From positions 26,079 to 90,078 of the forward strand of contig WGMB01000001.1 of the NCBI GenBank assembly GCA_016125275.1: a stretch of 64,000 nt of DNA, given 5' to 3'. The first letter of the stretch is position 1; each line of letters begins with the position of its first letter. Below are positions 38,629-48,022 of this stretch, in pieces. Origin of the DNA: Acidobacteriota bacterium (lineage in GTDB: Bacteria; Acidobacteriota; Terriglobia; Bryobacterales; UBA6623). The notes below the pieces were generated by a model. The model saw only the letters and a program-made list of their open reading frames with translations, ran no database searches and was not told the DNA's origin. A program made the translations under genes and the position numbers.

Positions 38629-39433
38629 TCCGGCGCGGCGTTGGGGCCTCGCCGTCGTCGCCCTCGCGGCCTTGGCTTCGACGGGTTGTTTGCGGCAGGA
38701 GCTCGTGAGCGGGCTCGACGAGCGCGAGTCGCAGGAGATCATCGTGCTGCTCGAGTCCTACGGGCTCGACGGCGTGCGCGAGATGGTCGCGCAGGAACGC
38801 GCCGAGCCGACTTGGACGGTGCTGGTCCGCGGTGGCGACCAGAACCGCGTGACGGCTTGGAAGGTCTTGCAGGAGAACGGTTTGCCGCGCGAGCGCGTGC
38901 AGGGCTTGAGCGACGTGTTCGCCGAGCAGGGCATGATTCCCACCGAGACCCAGGAGAAGGCCAAGATTCTGGTGGGCCTGTCGGGCGAGATGAGCCGCAC
39001 GCTGCGCTCGATCAAGGGAGTGGTGGACGCCCGGGTGCACGTGGTGCTGCCGGAGGACAATCCGCTGGTGGACGAAGAGCGGCGCGCCAAGCCCTCGGCT
39101 TCAGTGCTGATCCGCTACGCGGGCGACAAGCCGCCGATTGCCCAGGCTGACGTGCTGCGCTTGGTGGCGAAGGGCGTGGAAGGCTTGCAGGAGGACCAGA
39201 TCGCGGTGGTGTTCCACAAGGTGGAGCAGACGCCGATTGCGCAGTCGGACCTGGCCTGGGCGCCGACGACCGACGAGTTGCTGGTGGCGTCGCTGGCGCT
39301 GCTGGGCGTGCTGGGTCTGCTGAGCCTGATTCTGCTGGGCCGCCTGCGGGCCCAGACCGGGCGCGTGAAGCAGCTCGAGCAGTTGCAGCTCGCGGCGACC
39401 CAGCCCACGCGCACGGAGGGAGGTAGGGCCTGA
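38594..39433 (+). CDS. sctJ: T3SS inner-membrane ring lipoprotein SctJ
   Basis: Lipobox LASTGC, L.SGLDERESQEI, GLPR, GMIPT..QEK, IKGVVDARVHVVLPE, PSASVLI, C-terminal TM. At about 280 aa it is too short for FliF. Confidence 0.93.
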   Translation: MESNRLFKPRFDPARRWGLAVVALAALASTGCLRQELVSGLDERESQEIIVLLESYGLDGVREMVAQERAEPTWTVLVRGGDQNRVTAWKVLQENGLPRERVQGLSDVFAEQGMIPTETQEKAKILVGLSGEMSRTLRSIKGVVDARVHVVLPEDNPLVDEERRAKPSASVLIRYAGDKPPIAQADVLRLVAKGVEGLQEDQIAVVFHKVEQTPIAQSDLAWAPTTDELLVASLALLGVLGLLSLILLGRLRAQTGRVKQLEQLQLAATQPTRTEGGRA

Positions 39434-39720
39434 GCCCCCGTACGCTGGCTCTGGCGCTGGCCCAGCGCGGCGAAGACCGCCGGGAGGCGCTGCTGATGCG
39501 CCTGCCGGAGGATCGCCGCGAAGCTGTGCGGGCGGAGCTGGAGAGCCTTCCGGCCGACCCCGCCGCCGAGCTGCGCCGGTTGCGCGAGGCGGAGCTGGCC
39601 GAGCTGGAGCGGCGGCGGCGCGAGACCTGGGGCTCGGTGTGGGGACGACTGCCGCCGGCGTTGCGCGGCTGGGCCTGGAATCCGACGGTGAACGATGGCT
39701 GGACGAATCCTCAAGGGTAG
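39430..39720 (+). CDS. Small helical protein in the sctK position
   Basis: Fills the sctJ-sctL gap. In-frame CTG at 39430 overlaps the sctJ stop (CTGA) 5 nt after GGAGGT; alternative ATG 39496. Confidence 0.55.
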   Translation: MSPRTLALALAQRGEDRREALLMRLPEDRREAVRAELESLPADPAAELRRLREAELAELERRRRETWGSVWGRLPPALRGWAWNPTVNDGWTNPQG

Positions 39721-40315
39721 CTCGGAGACCGTCGGCGGAGACCCCCGGCTGGTCAAGCGCTCCGTCTACGAAAGCGGACGCAGCGCCGAGGAGATCCTGG
39801 AGCAGGCCCAGGCCGACGCCGCCGCCTTGCTGGAGAAGGCCGAGGCCGAGCGCGACGCCCTGTTCGAGGAGGCTCGCGAAGCCGGGCGCGCCGAAGGCTT
39901 GGAGCGCTGGAACGCCCTGATTCTGGAGGCCGCCCAGGCCCGCGACAAGGCTCTGGCCGAGGCCGAGACCGAGATTCTGCAACTGGCCGTGCACATCGCC
40001 GAGAAGATCCTCGGTGAGCAGCTCCGCCAGGACCCCGGGTTGACCGCCAGCATCGTCCGCGAAGCCTTGCGCAGCGCCCGGCGGGACAAGGACGTCACGC
40101 TGCGGGTGCATCCCGACGCCGCGGCCGCCGTCGAGTCGCGGCTGCACGAGCTGCGCGACGGCTCGCCGCAGGGGGCTCTGTTCAGCGTCCGCGCCGATCC
40201 GGCCGTGGCACCGGGCGGCTGCATCATCCGCACCGAATCCGGCTCGGTGGACGCCCAGCTCGAAAGCCAACTGCGCTGCATCGAAGAGCTGCTGCTGCGG
40301 GAGGCCCGGCGATGA
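39695..40315 (+). CDS. sctL: T3SS stator SctL (FliH family)
   Basis: [13 protein letters not shown] repeats, [37 protein letters not shown]. Confidence 0.92.
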   Translation: MAGRILKGSSETVGGDPRLVKRSVYESGRSAEEILEQAQADAAALLEKAEAERDALFEEAREAGRAEGLERWNALILEAAQARDKALAEAETEILQLAVHIAEKILGEQLRQDPGLTASIVREALRSARRDKDVTLRVHPDAAAAVESRLHELRDGSPQGALFSVRADPAVAPGGCIIRTESGSVDAQLESQLRCIEELLLREARR

Positions 40316-41625
40316 GCGCGGGGCACAACCTCAGCCGCTTTCTGCGCGTGGTGGACCGCGCCACGCCGGTGGAGGTGCGCGGGCGGGTGAAGGAGGTCAT
40401 CGGCCTGCTGGTGCGCGCCAGCGTGCCGGAGACCTGGATCGGCGAGGTCTGCCTACTCTATTCCGGGCGCTCCAGCGAAGCCTTGCAGTCCGAGGTGGTG
40501 GGCTTTCAGGACGGCGACGCGCTGCTGATGCCGCTCGGCGACCTGCGCCACATCGGCCCGTCGAGCGAGGTGAAGCCGACCGGACGCAGCCTGACGATTC
40601 AGGCCGGCGACTGCCTGCTGGGCCGCGTGCTCGACGGGCTGGGGCGGCCGATGGACGACCTGGGGCCGCTGGAAGGCGCCGTCGAGTGGGAGGTCGAGCG
40701 CAATCCGCCGGACCCCATGCGGCGGCGCAGGGTGCTGGAACCGCTCTCCACCGGCGTGCGTTCGATCGACAGTCTGCTCACCTGCGGCGAAGGCCAGCGC
40801 GTGGGCCTGTTCGCCGCCGCCGGCGGCGGCAAGTCGACGCTGATGGGCATGATCGCCCGCAACACCGAGGCCGACATCAACGTGATTACGCTGGTGGGCG
40901 AGCGCGGCCGAGAGGTGCGGGACTTCTTGGACGAGAGTCTGGGTGAGGAGGGGCTGAAGCGTTCGGTGGTGGTCTGCGCCACCTCTGACCAGCCGTCGCT
41001 GGTGCGGCTCAAGGCGGCCTACGTCGGCACGGCGATCGCGGAGTATTTTCGGGACCAGGGCAAGAAGGTCCTGCTGATGATGGATTCGGTGACGCGTTTC
41101 GCCCGCGCCAAGCGCGAGATCGGCCTGGCGTGCGGCGAGCCGCCGGCGCGGCAGGGCTACACGCCGTCCGTGTTTACCGAGCTGCCACGGCTGCTGGAGC
41201 GCTCCGGTAACTCCTCGGACGGCTCGATCACGGCCTTCTATACGGTGCTGGTGGCCGGCGACGACATGAACGAGCCGGTGGCCGACGAAGTCCGCTCCAT
41301 CCTCGACGGCCACATCGTGCTCTCTCGCGCGCTGGCCGCTCAGGGCCACTACCCGGCCATCGACGTTTTGCAGTCGGTGAGCCGCGTAATGTCGGCCGTG
41401 GTCGGCAACGACCATCAGATGCAGGCGCGCAAGATGCGCCGGCTGATGGCGGCGTACGAGAAGCAGCGCGACCTGATCCTGCTCGGCGCCTACGAGTTCG
41501 GCAGCGACCGGGAGGTGGACGAGGCGATCGAGAAGATCGAGTCCATCCGCGGCTTCCTGCAGCAGGGCGTGATGGAGCCTTCGACGTTCCAGTCGATGCT
41601 CGATCAGTTCCAGACGGCGGTTTAG
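40312..41625 (+). CDS. sctN: T3SS ATPase SctN
   Basis: Walker [12 protein letters not shown] (YscN-type), [10 protein letters not shown], Walker [42 protein letters not shown]. Confidence 0.96.
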   Translation: MSAGHNLSRFLRVVDRATPVEVRGRVKEVIGLLVRASVPETWIGEVCLLYSGRSSEALQSEVVGFQDGDALLMPLGDLRHIGPSSEVKPTGRSLTIQAGDCLLGRVLDGLGRPMDDLGPLEGAVEWEVERNPPDPMRRRRVLEPLSTGVRSIDSLLTCGEGQRVGLFAAAGGGKSTLMGMIARNTEADINVITLVGERGREVRDFLDESLGEEGLKRSVVVCATSDQPSLVRLKAAYVGTAIAEYFRDQGKKVLLMMDSVTRFARAKREIGLACGEPPARQGYTPSVFTELPRLLERSGNSSDGSITAFYTVLVAGDDMNEPVADEVRSILDGHIVLSRALAAQGHYPAIDVLQSVSRVMSAVVGNDHQMQARKMRRLMAAYEKQRDLILLGAYEFGSDREVDEAIEKIESIRGFLQQGVMEPSTFQSMLDQFQTAV

Positions 41626-41627
41626 GC

Positions 41628-42116
41628 ATGGCGCGCTTCCGCTATCGCTTGCAGGCCGTCCTCGACCAGAAGAAGGAGGTGCGGGAGAGGGCTCAGGAGG
41701 AGCTCACCCGGTCGCTGCGGGCCCAGCAGGAGGCCGAAGAAATACTCGCCCAACTGCGCAACAAAGAGCAGGAGCTCCGCGATAAGAAGGCAGAGCTGAG
41801 AACCGAGATGGTGACCGTTCAAGCCAGCGCTCAGGAGTTGCGGAGGCGCCGGGACTACATCCAACGCGTGGGCGAGGAGCTCGACGCGGCCGGTGCGGAG
41901 GTGTTCGGGCAGCGCATCCTGGTGGACGAATGCGTCGAGAACGTGGACCGCGCGCGGCTGATTCTGGCCGACGCCATCCGCGAAGCCGAGGCGCTCGAGA
42001 AGCACCGCGAGAAGCAGGAAACCGAGTTCTACGCCGAGATCGAGCGCAAGGAAGCCCTGGAGCTCGACGAGGCGGCCACGCAGTCCTACCTCAGGAGGCG
42101 CGGCGATGCGAATTGA
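41628..42116 (+). CDS. sctO: T3SS stalk SctO (FliJ family)
   Basis: FRYRLQAVL start, coiled coil, ALEKHRE...E..ELDE end; follows sctN. Confidence 0.88.
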   Translation: MARFRYRLQAVLDQKKEVRERAQEELTRSLRAQQEAEEILAQLRNKEQELRDKKAELRTEMVTVQASAQELRRRRDYIQRVGEELDAAGAEVFGQRILVDECVENVDRARLILADAIREAEALEKHREKQETEFYAEIERKEALELDEAATQSYLRRRGDAN

Positions 42117-42888
42117 GCCCAAGGCCGCCAAGCCGCTGAAGGCGGAAGGCGATGCGGCGGCGAGCCCGTCGGAGGCGTCCACGGCGCCCGGGTCCAAGCA
42201 GGCCGGGTCCAAGCCGGGCTCGGATTTCCGCAGCGTTCTCGAAAAGGGCAGGGGAGAGTCGCCGCAGAAGCCGTTGGCACGCGGCAAAGGCGGCGCGGCC
42301 GGCAAGCCGCCTTCGCGCTTGGCGTCGAACGCCCCGCTCCCGGGCGGAGACCCGCGGGAGGGAGCGGCCTCCCGGCTAAAGCCGGAGGGCCCCGGCCGCA
42401 GAAAGCAAGAGGAACCGGCGCCGCCGACGGACTTGGCCCCCGAGGCGCTGGCGGCGCCGTTACGGAACCAGGCTGAGCAGGTCTCCGCCCCCGCTCCGGC
42501 CGCACCCGCGACTCCGGTCGAGCGCATCGCCGACGAGATCGTGATGATTTCGCGGCCCGACGGCTCCCGCGAGATTCAGGCGGAAGTGGACTCCAAGGTG
42601 ATGGCCGACCTGCGCATCTCGGTGACCGAGCGCGACGGCCGCCTGGAAGTGAAGCTGCTGACCGACACGGCGTCCACCCGGCGCGAGCTCGAGAAGGCCA
42701 TGCCGCAGCTCTCGGCGGCGTTGCAGGCGCGCAACTTGAATGTGTCGACGGTGCAGGTGGTTCCGCGGGCGCAGGCGGCGCTGTCGACGCCGGAGCGGCC
42801 GCAGGACTCCCGGCAGGGACGCCAGGGCGAAGGCGGCGGGCAGGGGCGCGGCGGCCGCGGCGACCGTGACGAGCGAGGCCGCCGATGA
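42106..42888 (+). CDS. sctP: Length-control/ruler protein SctP (FliK-like C-terminal domain)
   Basis: Disordered Pro/Ala/Lys N-half, compact C-domain (LRISVTERDGRLEVKLLTD...RRELEKAMPQLSAALQARNL), located between sctO and sctQ. Confidence 0.75.
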   Translation: MRIEPKAAKPLKAEGDAAASPSEASTAPGSKQAGSKPGSDFRSVLEKGRGESPQKPLARGKGGAAGKPPSRLASNAPLPGGDPREGAASRLKPEGPGRRKQEEPAPPTDLAPEALAAPLRNQAEQVSAPAPAAPATPVERIADEIVMISRPDGSREIQAEVDSKVMADLRISVTERDGRLEVKLLTDTASTRRELEKAMPQLSAALQARNLNVSTVQVVPRAQAALSTPERPQDSRQGRQGEGGGQGRGGRGDRDERGRR

Positions 42889-44294
42889 GTGCGACGGCCA
42901 CGCCGTTGAATCTGACGCAACTGGAGGGTTGGTCCAAGTCCGAAGCGGCGGCCTGGAACGCTCTGCTGGCGGCTCTGCCGGCTGACGACGCTTGGTCGAG
43001 CTGGCTGGAGGCCGTGGCCGCCGAGACGTTGTCGCGCCCGTCGGGCCGCCGTCCCAAGCTGACCATCTCCAAGGTGATCCAGAGCGACGAGCCGCCGGTG
43101 GTGCAGGCGATGGAGGGCGAGCGGGTGGTGCTGGGGCGCGACGCCGAGTGCGACGTGGTCCTGCCCGAAAAGGTCATCACCAAGCAGCACGCGGCGGTCT
43201 ACCTGGAAGACGGGCGCTACTGGCTGGAGGACCTGGGCAGCGCCATGGGGGTCTTCCGGCGCAACAAGAAGCTCGAGCCGCACATGCCGGTCGAGCTCAG
43301 CGAGCAGGACCAGTTCAGCATCTTCCCGTACAACTGCCGGTTCGAGATCGAGGCCGTGTGGGCGCCGGAACAGGACGTGGCGCTGGGGGCCGTGGAGACG
43401 AGGGTCCAGACCTGGGCGGACTTCGAGCAGGCCGGCGGGGCCGGACAGCTCGTGTTTCCGCTGTTCGTCCACCCAGCCGGCCGGGCTCTGTTCGTGGAGG
43501 TCGAGGCGGGGCTGGCGGAAGAGATCGTGACGGGATCGCTGCCGGCGCTGGGCGAGTCGGCCGAGGCCGCCGGGCTGCTGGAGGTGGACCGGGCCCTGCT
43601 GGAGGTCTGGCTGCTGACGCTGGCGGACCGCTTGGGAGACAGCCTCGAGGCCGACATGCAGTTGACGCTGGGGACGCGTCCCGGGCCGGAGACGGCTTGG
43701 CCGCTGCTGCGCGGCGTGACGGTTGAGACGAGCCTGCGGATTCGCGGCCGGGGCCGGACGCTGCGCTTGTTTTTGCCGTTTCGGACGCTGGAGCGGATGC
43801 GCTACGCGCCGTCGCTCCAAGGCGCCGCGCCGGAGCAGGTGAGCTGGCGCTGCCGCGTGACGATCGCCACCGAGCGGTTCGAGGTCGGCGAGCTCAGCCA
43901 CCTGGAACCCGGCGACGTGCTGCTGCCCGACATCGGCGTGACCCTGTGGCTGCCCGGCGAGCAGCGCGCCGGCTGGCGCTGCACGGCCGACGCCGGCTAC
44001 TCGAGCCTCGAAATCGGCGAATATTTTGAGACGGAGTTGGACGTGTCAGATCAAGGCCCTCAGGCGGAAAACCTCAGCGAGCTCCCCGTGGAGCTGCATG
44101 TCGTCGTCGGCGACAAGCGCCTGACCTTCGCGGAAGTGCAGCAGTTGCGGCCCGGCTCGGTGATCGACCTCGAGCGGGCGCCGGACGCCCCGGTGGAGCT
44201 GTGGGCCAACGGCGCTCGCGCCGGCCGCGGCGAGCTGGTGGAGATCGACGGGAAGTTGGGCGTGAAGGTGACGGAATGGTTGCGCAAACCCTAG
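42885..44294 (+). CDS. sctQ: C-ring protein SctQ with an inserted FHA domain
   Basis: C-terminal SpoA domains (L..LEPGDVLL; LPVELHVVVG...L.PGSVIDL...GELVEIDGKLGVKV). FHA at about aa 57-156 (LGRD..CDVVL...ITKQHA...LEDLGS.MG). Confidence 0.9.
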   Translation: MSATATPLNLTQLEGWSKSEAAAWNALLAALPADDAWSSWLEAVAAETLSRPSGRRPKLTISKVIQSDEPPVVQAMEGERVVLGRDAECDVVLPEKVITKQHAAVYLEDGRYWLEDLGSAMGVFRRNKKLEPHMPVELSEQDQFSIFPYNCRFEIEAVWAPEQDVALGAVETRVQTWADFEQAGGAGQLVFPLFVHPAGRALFVEVEAGLAEEIVTGSLPALGESAEAAGLLEVDRALLEVWLLTLADRLGDSLEADMQLTLGTRPGPETAWPLLRGVTVETSLRIRGRGRTLRLFLPFRTLERMRYAPSLQGAAPEQVSWRCRVTIATERFEVGELSHLEPGDVLLPDIGVTLWLPGEQRAGWRCTADAGYSSLEIGEYFETELDVSDQGPQAENLSELPVELHVVVGDKRLTFAEVQQLRPGSVIDLERAPDAPVELWANGARAGRGELVEIDGKLGVKVTEWLRKP

Positions 44295-44698
44295 TCCGGG
44301 CCCTGCCTTTGGCGTGGTTGCAGCTCGCCGACGCCGGCTCGGTCGGCTCGGAAGGATTCGTAGAGATCGTATGGTGGGACTACTTCAAGGTCTTATTGGT
44401 ATTGGCGGCGCTGGTGGCGGGGGCGTATGCGCTGGTGCGCTACGCCGGGCCGAGGGTTCCGCACGCGGCCGGCGGCGCGGGGCCGGTGAGGGTTTTGGGG
44501 CGCTATCCGCTGGAGCCGCGCAAGACGCTCTACCTGGTGAGGGTGGGCGAGCAGACGCTGCTGGTAGGGGCTGCGGAGGGCTCGCTGAGCCTCCTGCACA
44601 CCGTGCCGGAGGGGTCGATCGACTTGGCGGCGTTCGAGCGGCCGAAGGTCTCCGGGGCGTTCCTCGAGAAGTTGCGGGAGCTGCAGGCGCGCAAATGA
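44276..44698 (+). CDS. fliO: FliO-like export-gate assembly chaperone
   Basis: Single TM, then VRVLGRYPLEPRKTLYLVRVGEQTLLVGAAEGSLSLL, the FliO cytoplasmic pattern. Directly upstream of sctR. Start approximate. Confidence 0.8.
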   Translation: MVAQTLVRALPLAWLQLADAGSVGSEGFVEIVWWDYFKVLLVLAALVAGAYALVRYAGPRVPHAAGGAGPVRVLGRYPLEPRKTLYLVRVGEQTLLVGAAEGSLSLLHTVPEGSIDLAAFERPKVSGAFLEKLRELQARK

Positions 44699-45423
44699 AG
44701 CGACTGGCTCCAGCTCTGGCGGCGCTGCTGCTGGCGGCGCAACCGTTGGCCGCGCAGACGCCGTCGGCGGATTCGCTCACCAACCCGGTGGTGATGGTGA
44801 TCGTGCTCGGCGCGATGGCCCTGGCGCCGTTCGTGATGATCATGCTCACCTCGTTCGTGAAGATCGCGGTGGTGCTGTCGATCCTGCGCAACGCGCTGGG
44901 CACGCAACAGGTGCCGCCGTCGCAGGTGATCACCGGGCTGGCGTTCGTGTTGACACTGTTCGTGATGTCGCCGGTGGCCGAGCGCATGTATGACGCCGCC
45001 GGGGGCGTGCCCGAGACGCGCGAGATCTTCTCGCAGGCCAGCGTGCGCAACGTCTACGAGGCGGTCAAGCGCGGGCGCGAGCCGCTGCGCGAGTTCCTGC
45101 TCAAGCACGCGCATGACAAGGACCGCATCCTGTTTCTGGAATTGGCGGCGCGGCTGGACGGCGCGGCCCCCGGGCGCGAGGATTTTCGGGTGCTGATCCC
45201 CGCTTTTGTGACTAGCGAGCTCAAGGAGGCTTTCCAGATCGGCTTCCTGCTGTTCATCCCGTTCATCGTGGTGGATATGGTGGTGGCGAACGTGTTGCTC
45301 GCGATGGGCATGCAGATGCTCTCGCCGGTGATCATCTCGCTGCCGTTCAAGCTGCTGCTGTTCGTAATCGTCGACGGCTGGTATCTGGTGGTGCGCGGCC
45401 TGGTGCTGAGCTACGCCGGCTGA
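44695..45423 (+). CDS. sctR: T3SS export apparatus SctR (FliP family) with cleavable-type signal peptide
   Basis: TSFVKIAVVLSILRNALGTQQVPP, LIPAFVTSELKEAFQIGF, LPFKLLLFVIVDGW. N-terminus MKRLAPALAALLLAAQPLAAQ. Confidence 0.95.
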   Translation: MKRLAPALAALLLAAQPLAAQTPSADSLTNPVVMVIVLGAMALAPFVMIMLTSFVKIAVVLSILRNALGTQQVPPSQVITGLAFVLTLFVMSPVAERMYDAAGGVPETREIFSQASVRNVYEAVKRGREPLREFLLKHAHDKDRILFLELAARLDGAAPGREDFRVLIPAFVTSELKEAFQIGFLLFIPFIVVDMVVANVLLAMGMQMLSPVIISLPFKLLLFVIVDGWYLVVRGLVLSYAG

Positions 45424-45436
45424 GGAAAGGGTTGCC

Positions 45437-45703
45437 ATGGATTCAGAAACCGTCATTCGACTACTGCGGGAAGGCTTGCTGCTGATCGTGCTGGTCTCGG
45501 CCCCGCCGATGCTGGCTTCGCTGGTGGTGGGCCTGACGGTCAGCATCTTGCAGGCCACCACGCAGGTGCAGGAGCAGACGTTGAGCTTCGTGCCGAAGCT
45601 GCTGGCGATCTTCTTGACGCTGGCCGTGGCCGGGCCCTGGATGCTGGCGCAATTGGTGCACTTTACTGACGCCGTGATGTCCGCCATCGTGGAGGTCCGC
45701 TAG
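45437..45703 (+). CDS. sctS: T3SS export apparatus SctS (FliQ family)
   Basis: LQATTQVQEQTLSFVPKL signature, 88 aa. Confidence 0.95.
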   Translation: MDSETVIRLLREGLLLIVLVSAPPMLASLVVGLTVSILQATTQVQEQTLSFVPKLLAIFLTLAVAGPWMLAQLVHFTDAVMSAIVEVR

Positions 45704-45711
45704 GCAAGCCC

Positions 45712-46545
45712 GTGGACGAGTGGATCCCCACCCTGCGCGAGATCGCCCGTTCGCTGGGCCTCGGCGGCGACCCGGCGGCCTACCTGGCCGTGTTCGGGCT
45801 GGCGTTGGCGCGCCTGGTCACGGCGATTTCGCTGGCGCCCTTTCTGGGCGGCAAGAGCGTCCCCAACCAGGTGAAGGTGGGTTTGGCCGCCGCGATGACG
45901 ATTCTGCTGTTTCCGCTGCTCGATCCTGTGGCCGAGGCGCCGCCGCCGACGTTGCTGTGGGTGGCGCTGCTGGTGAAGGAGGTCCTGATCGGCGCCCTGC
46001 TGGGGCTGCTGTCGCAGTTGGTCTTCTTCGCCATCCAGATGGGCGGAGCGCTGATCGACACGCAGCGCGGCATGAACCAGTTCAGCTTTTTCGCGCCGCA
46101 GCTCCAGGGCAATACCTCCGCGCTGGGGCTGCTGCAGTTCCAGGCCGCCCTGGTGGTCTTTCTGGCGCTCGACGGCCATTTGGTCTTTCTGCAAGCCCTG
46201 GCGGACAGCTTCCAGACCACGCCGGTGAACGCCTTTCCGCCGGTGGTGGCCGACGGCATGGCCTTCGTCGACCGGCTGGCGCGCTTCTCGGCGGACCTGT
46301 TCCTGATCGCCCTGCAACTGGCGGCGCCGGTGATGGCGGCGCTGTTCCTGATCGACGCCTCGTTCGGGGCGCTGGGCAAGATCGCGCCGCAGATGCCTGT
46401 CCACGGCGAAGCGCATACGCTCAAGAGCCTGGTCGGCCTGCTGATCGTGTTTCTGGCCTTGCCGCTGCTGATCCAGCAGTTCGGCGTCTCGATGGTGGAC
46501 ATGCTGGCCGGCGTGAAGGAAGTGGTGCGGAGGCTGTCGGCATGA
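45712..46545 (+). CDS. sctT: T3SS export apparatus SctT (FliR family)
   Basis: KEVLIGALLG, GALIDTQRG, LALDGHL, LAAPV, LGKIAPQM. Confidence 0.93.
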   Translation: MDEWIPTLREIARSLGLGGDPAAYLAVFGLALARLVTAISLAPFLGGKSVPNQVKVGLAAAMTILLFPLLDPVAEAPPPTLLWVALLVKEVLIGALLGLLSQLVFFAIQMGGALIDTQRGMNQFSFFAPQLQGNTSALGLLQFQAALVVFLALDGHLVFLQALADSFQTTPVNAFPPVVADGMAFVDRLARFSADLFLIALQLAAPVMAALFLIDASFGALGKIAPQMPVHGEAHTLKSLVGLLIVFLALPLLIQQFGVSMVDMLAGVKEVVRRLSA

Positions 46546-47609
46546 GCGGCCAGAAGACGGAGCAGCCGACTCCGAAAAAGCTCCAGGACGCGCGCAAGAA
46601 GGGCCAGGTCCCCAAGAGCCAGGACCTCACCAACGCCTTCCTGTTCATGACCGCCGCCGGAACGCTGGGGATGATCGGCGCGAGCTTGGTGGAGCGGCTC
46701 GAAGGGCTGATCCTGAGCTTTCTGGACGAGAGGACCTTCCAGGGAGACGCGCCGCCGTCGGAGCTGTTGTCGAGGGCCGGCGAGGCTTTCTGGACGGTGA
46801 TTCTGGCGCCGCTGCCGGTGCTGGCCGGCATGGCCGCGGTCTCACTGCTGATCGGCTTCGTGCAGGTGCGCGGGCTGTTCGCGCCCGAGGCCATCAAGCC
46901 CGACATCAAGAAGCTCAACCCGCTCGACGGCTTCAAGAACATCTTTGCCAAGCCCAAGACCTACATCGAGCTCGGCAAGAACCTGCTCAAGTTCGCCGTG
47001 GTGCTGGGGATCGTGTACGCGAACGTCAAGTCGATCCTGCCGGAGCTGCTGCTGACGCCCCGGGCGCGGCCCGAACAGGTTTTGCCGCTGGTCGGCGACC
47101 TGCTCAGCGACCTGCTGCTGCAGATCGGCACGTTCTTCCTGGCGCTGGGCGCGGCGGACTTCATCCTGCAGCAGAAGCTCCATCTCAAGGAGCTGATGAT
47201 GACCAAGGACGAGGTGAAGCGCGAGTTCAAGTCCGACGAGGGCGACCCGCTCATCAAGGGCCAGCGGCAACAGCTCCACCACGACCTGCTCAGCGAGGGC
47301 TCCATCGCAGAGACCGCCAAGGCCGACGTGGTGGTCGTCAACCCGACCCACCTGGCCGTGGCGCTGCGCTACGTGGAGGCCACGATGTCGGCGCCGAGGG
47401 TGACGGCCAAAGGGCAGGACGAGCGCGCCAAGGAGATTCTGAAGCTGGCTCGGCGTCACGACGTGCCCATTCTGCGCAACATCCCCTTGGCGCGCGGACT
47501 CATCAAGATCGAGATCGGCCACGAGGTGCCCGAAGAGCTCTACGCGGCGGTGGCCGAGGTGCTCAACTGGGTCTACCAACTGCGGCAGGCCGAAGCGGAG
47601 GAAGCATGA
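46542..47609 (+). CDS. sctU: T3SS substrate-switch protein SctU (FlhB family)
   Basis: KTEQPTPKKLQDARKKGQV, MTKDEVKREFKSDEGDP, autocleavage NPTH, VAEVL. Start ATG 46542. Confidence 0.96.
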   Translation: MSGQKTEQPTPKKLQDARKKGQVPKSQDLTNAFLFMTAAGTLGMIGASLVERLEGLILSFLDERTFQGDAPPSELLSRAGEAFWTVILAPLPVLAGMAAVSLLIGFVQVRGLFAPEAIKPDIKKLNPLDGFKNIFAKPKTYIELGKNLLKFAVVLGIVYANVKSILPELLLTPRARPEQVLPLVGDLLSDLLLQIGTFFLALGAADFILQQKLHLKELMMTKDEVKREFKSDEGDPLIKGQRQQLHHDLLSEGSIAETAKADVVVVNPTHLAVALRYVEATMSAPRVTAKGQDERAKEILKLARRHDVPILRNIPLARGLIKIEIGHEVPEELYAAVAEVLNWVYQLRQAEAEEA

Positions 47610-48016
47610 GGATTCTGGACGCATTGAACCCGATACAAGCCGGCGGAGCGCGCTCGCGCGAGCTGGCGAGGCAGGACGGCGTCTCCTTCCGCGAGCGCAT
47701 GAAGAAGCTCGCGCCGCTGCGGGCGGCGGGCTGGCGGCAGTTGCTGCGGCTGAACCGGGAGACGCAGGTCGACCCGTGGATCGCGCCGCCCACCGCGCCG
47801 CCGGGCTACGGAGTCTCCGATGCGGCTTCGGAGCGAGCGCAGATCCGCGGGATCGTCGACCAGCGGCTGCCCGCGCTGGCCGAGTACGCCGCCCCGGACG
47901 GCCTGCAACAGCGCAAGGACGCCGTCGGCAAGATGCTCGATCTGCTCGACCGGCAGCAGCAGGCCCAGGACCAGATCGCGGCGCGTGGCGCGCGGGCGGC
48001 GGCGCAGCACGGGTAG
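47606..48016 (+). CDS. Hypothetical T3SS-associated protein (possibly SctX-like)
   Basis: Translationally coupled to sctU (ATGA), 136 aa, C-terminal amphipathic helix, followed by a TPR gene. Confidence 0.6.
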   Translation: MRILDALNPIQAGGARSRELARQDGVSFRERMKKLAPLRAAGWRQLLRLNRETQVDPWIAPPTAPPGYGVSDAASERAQIRGIVDQRLPALAEYAAPDGLQQRKDAVGKMLDLLDRQQQAQDQIAARGARAAAQHG

Positions 48017-48022
48017 GACGGC

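Noticed and set aside
45720-46541. 629-aa SctT-SctU fusion suggested by the ORF track
   Set aside because: sctT is in another frame and stops at 46545. sctU starts at ATG 46542, and the upstream extension is off-frame noise.
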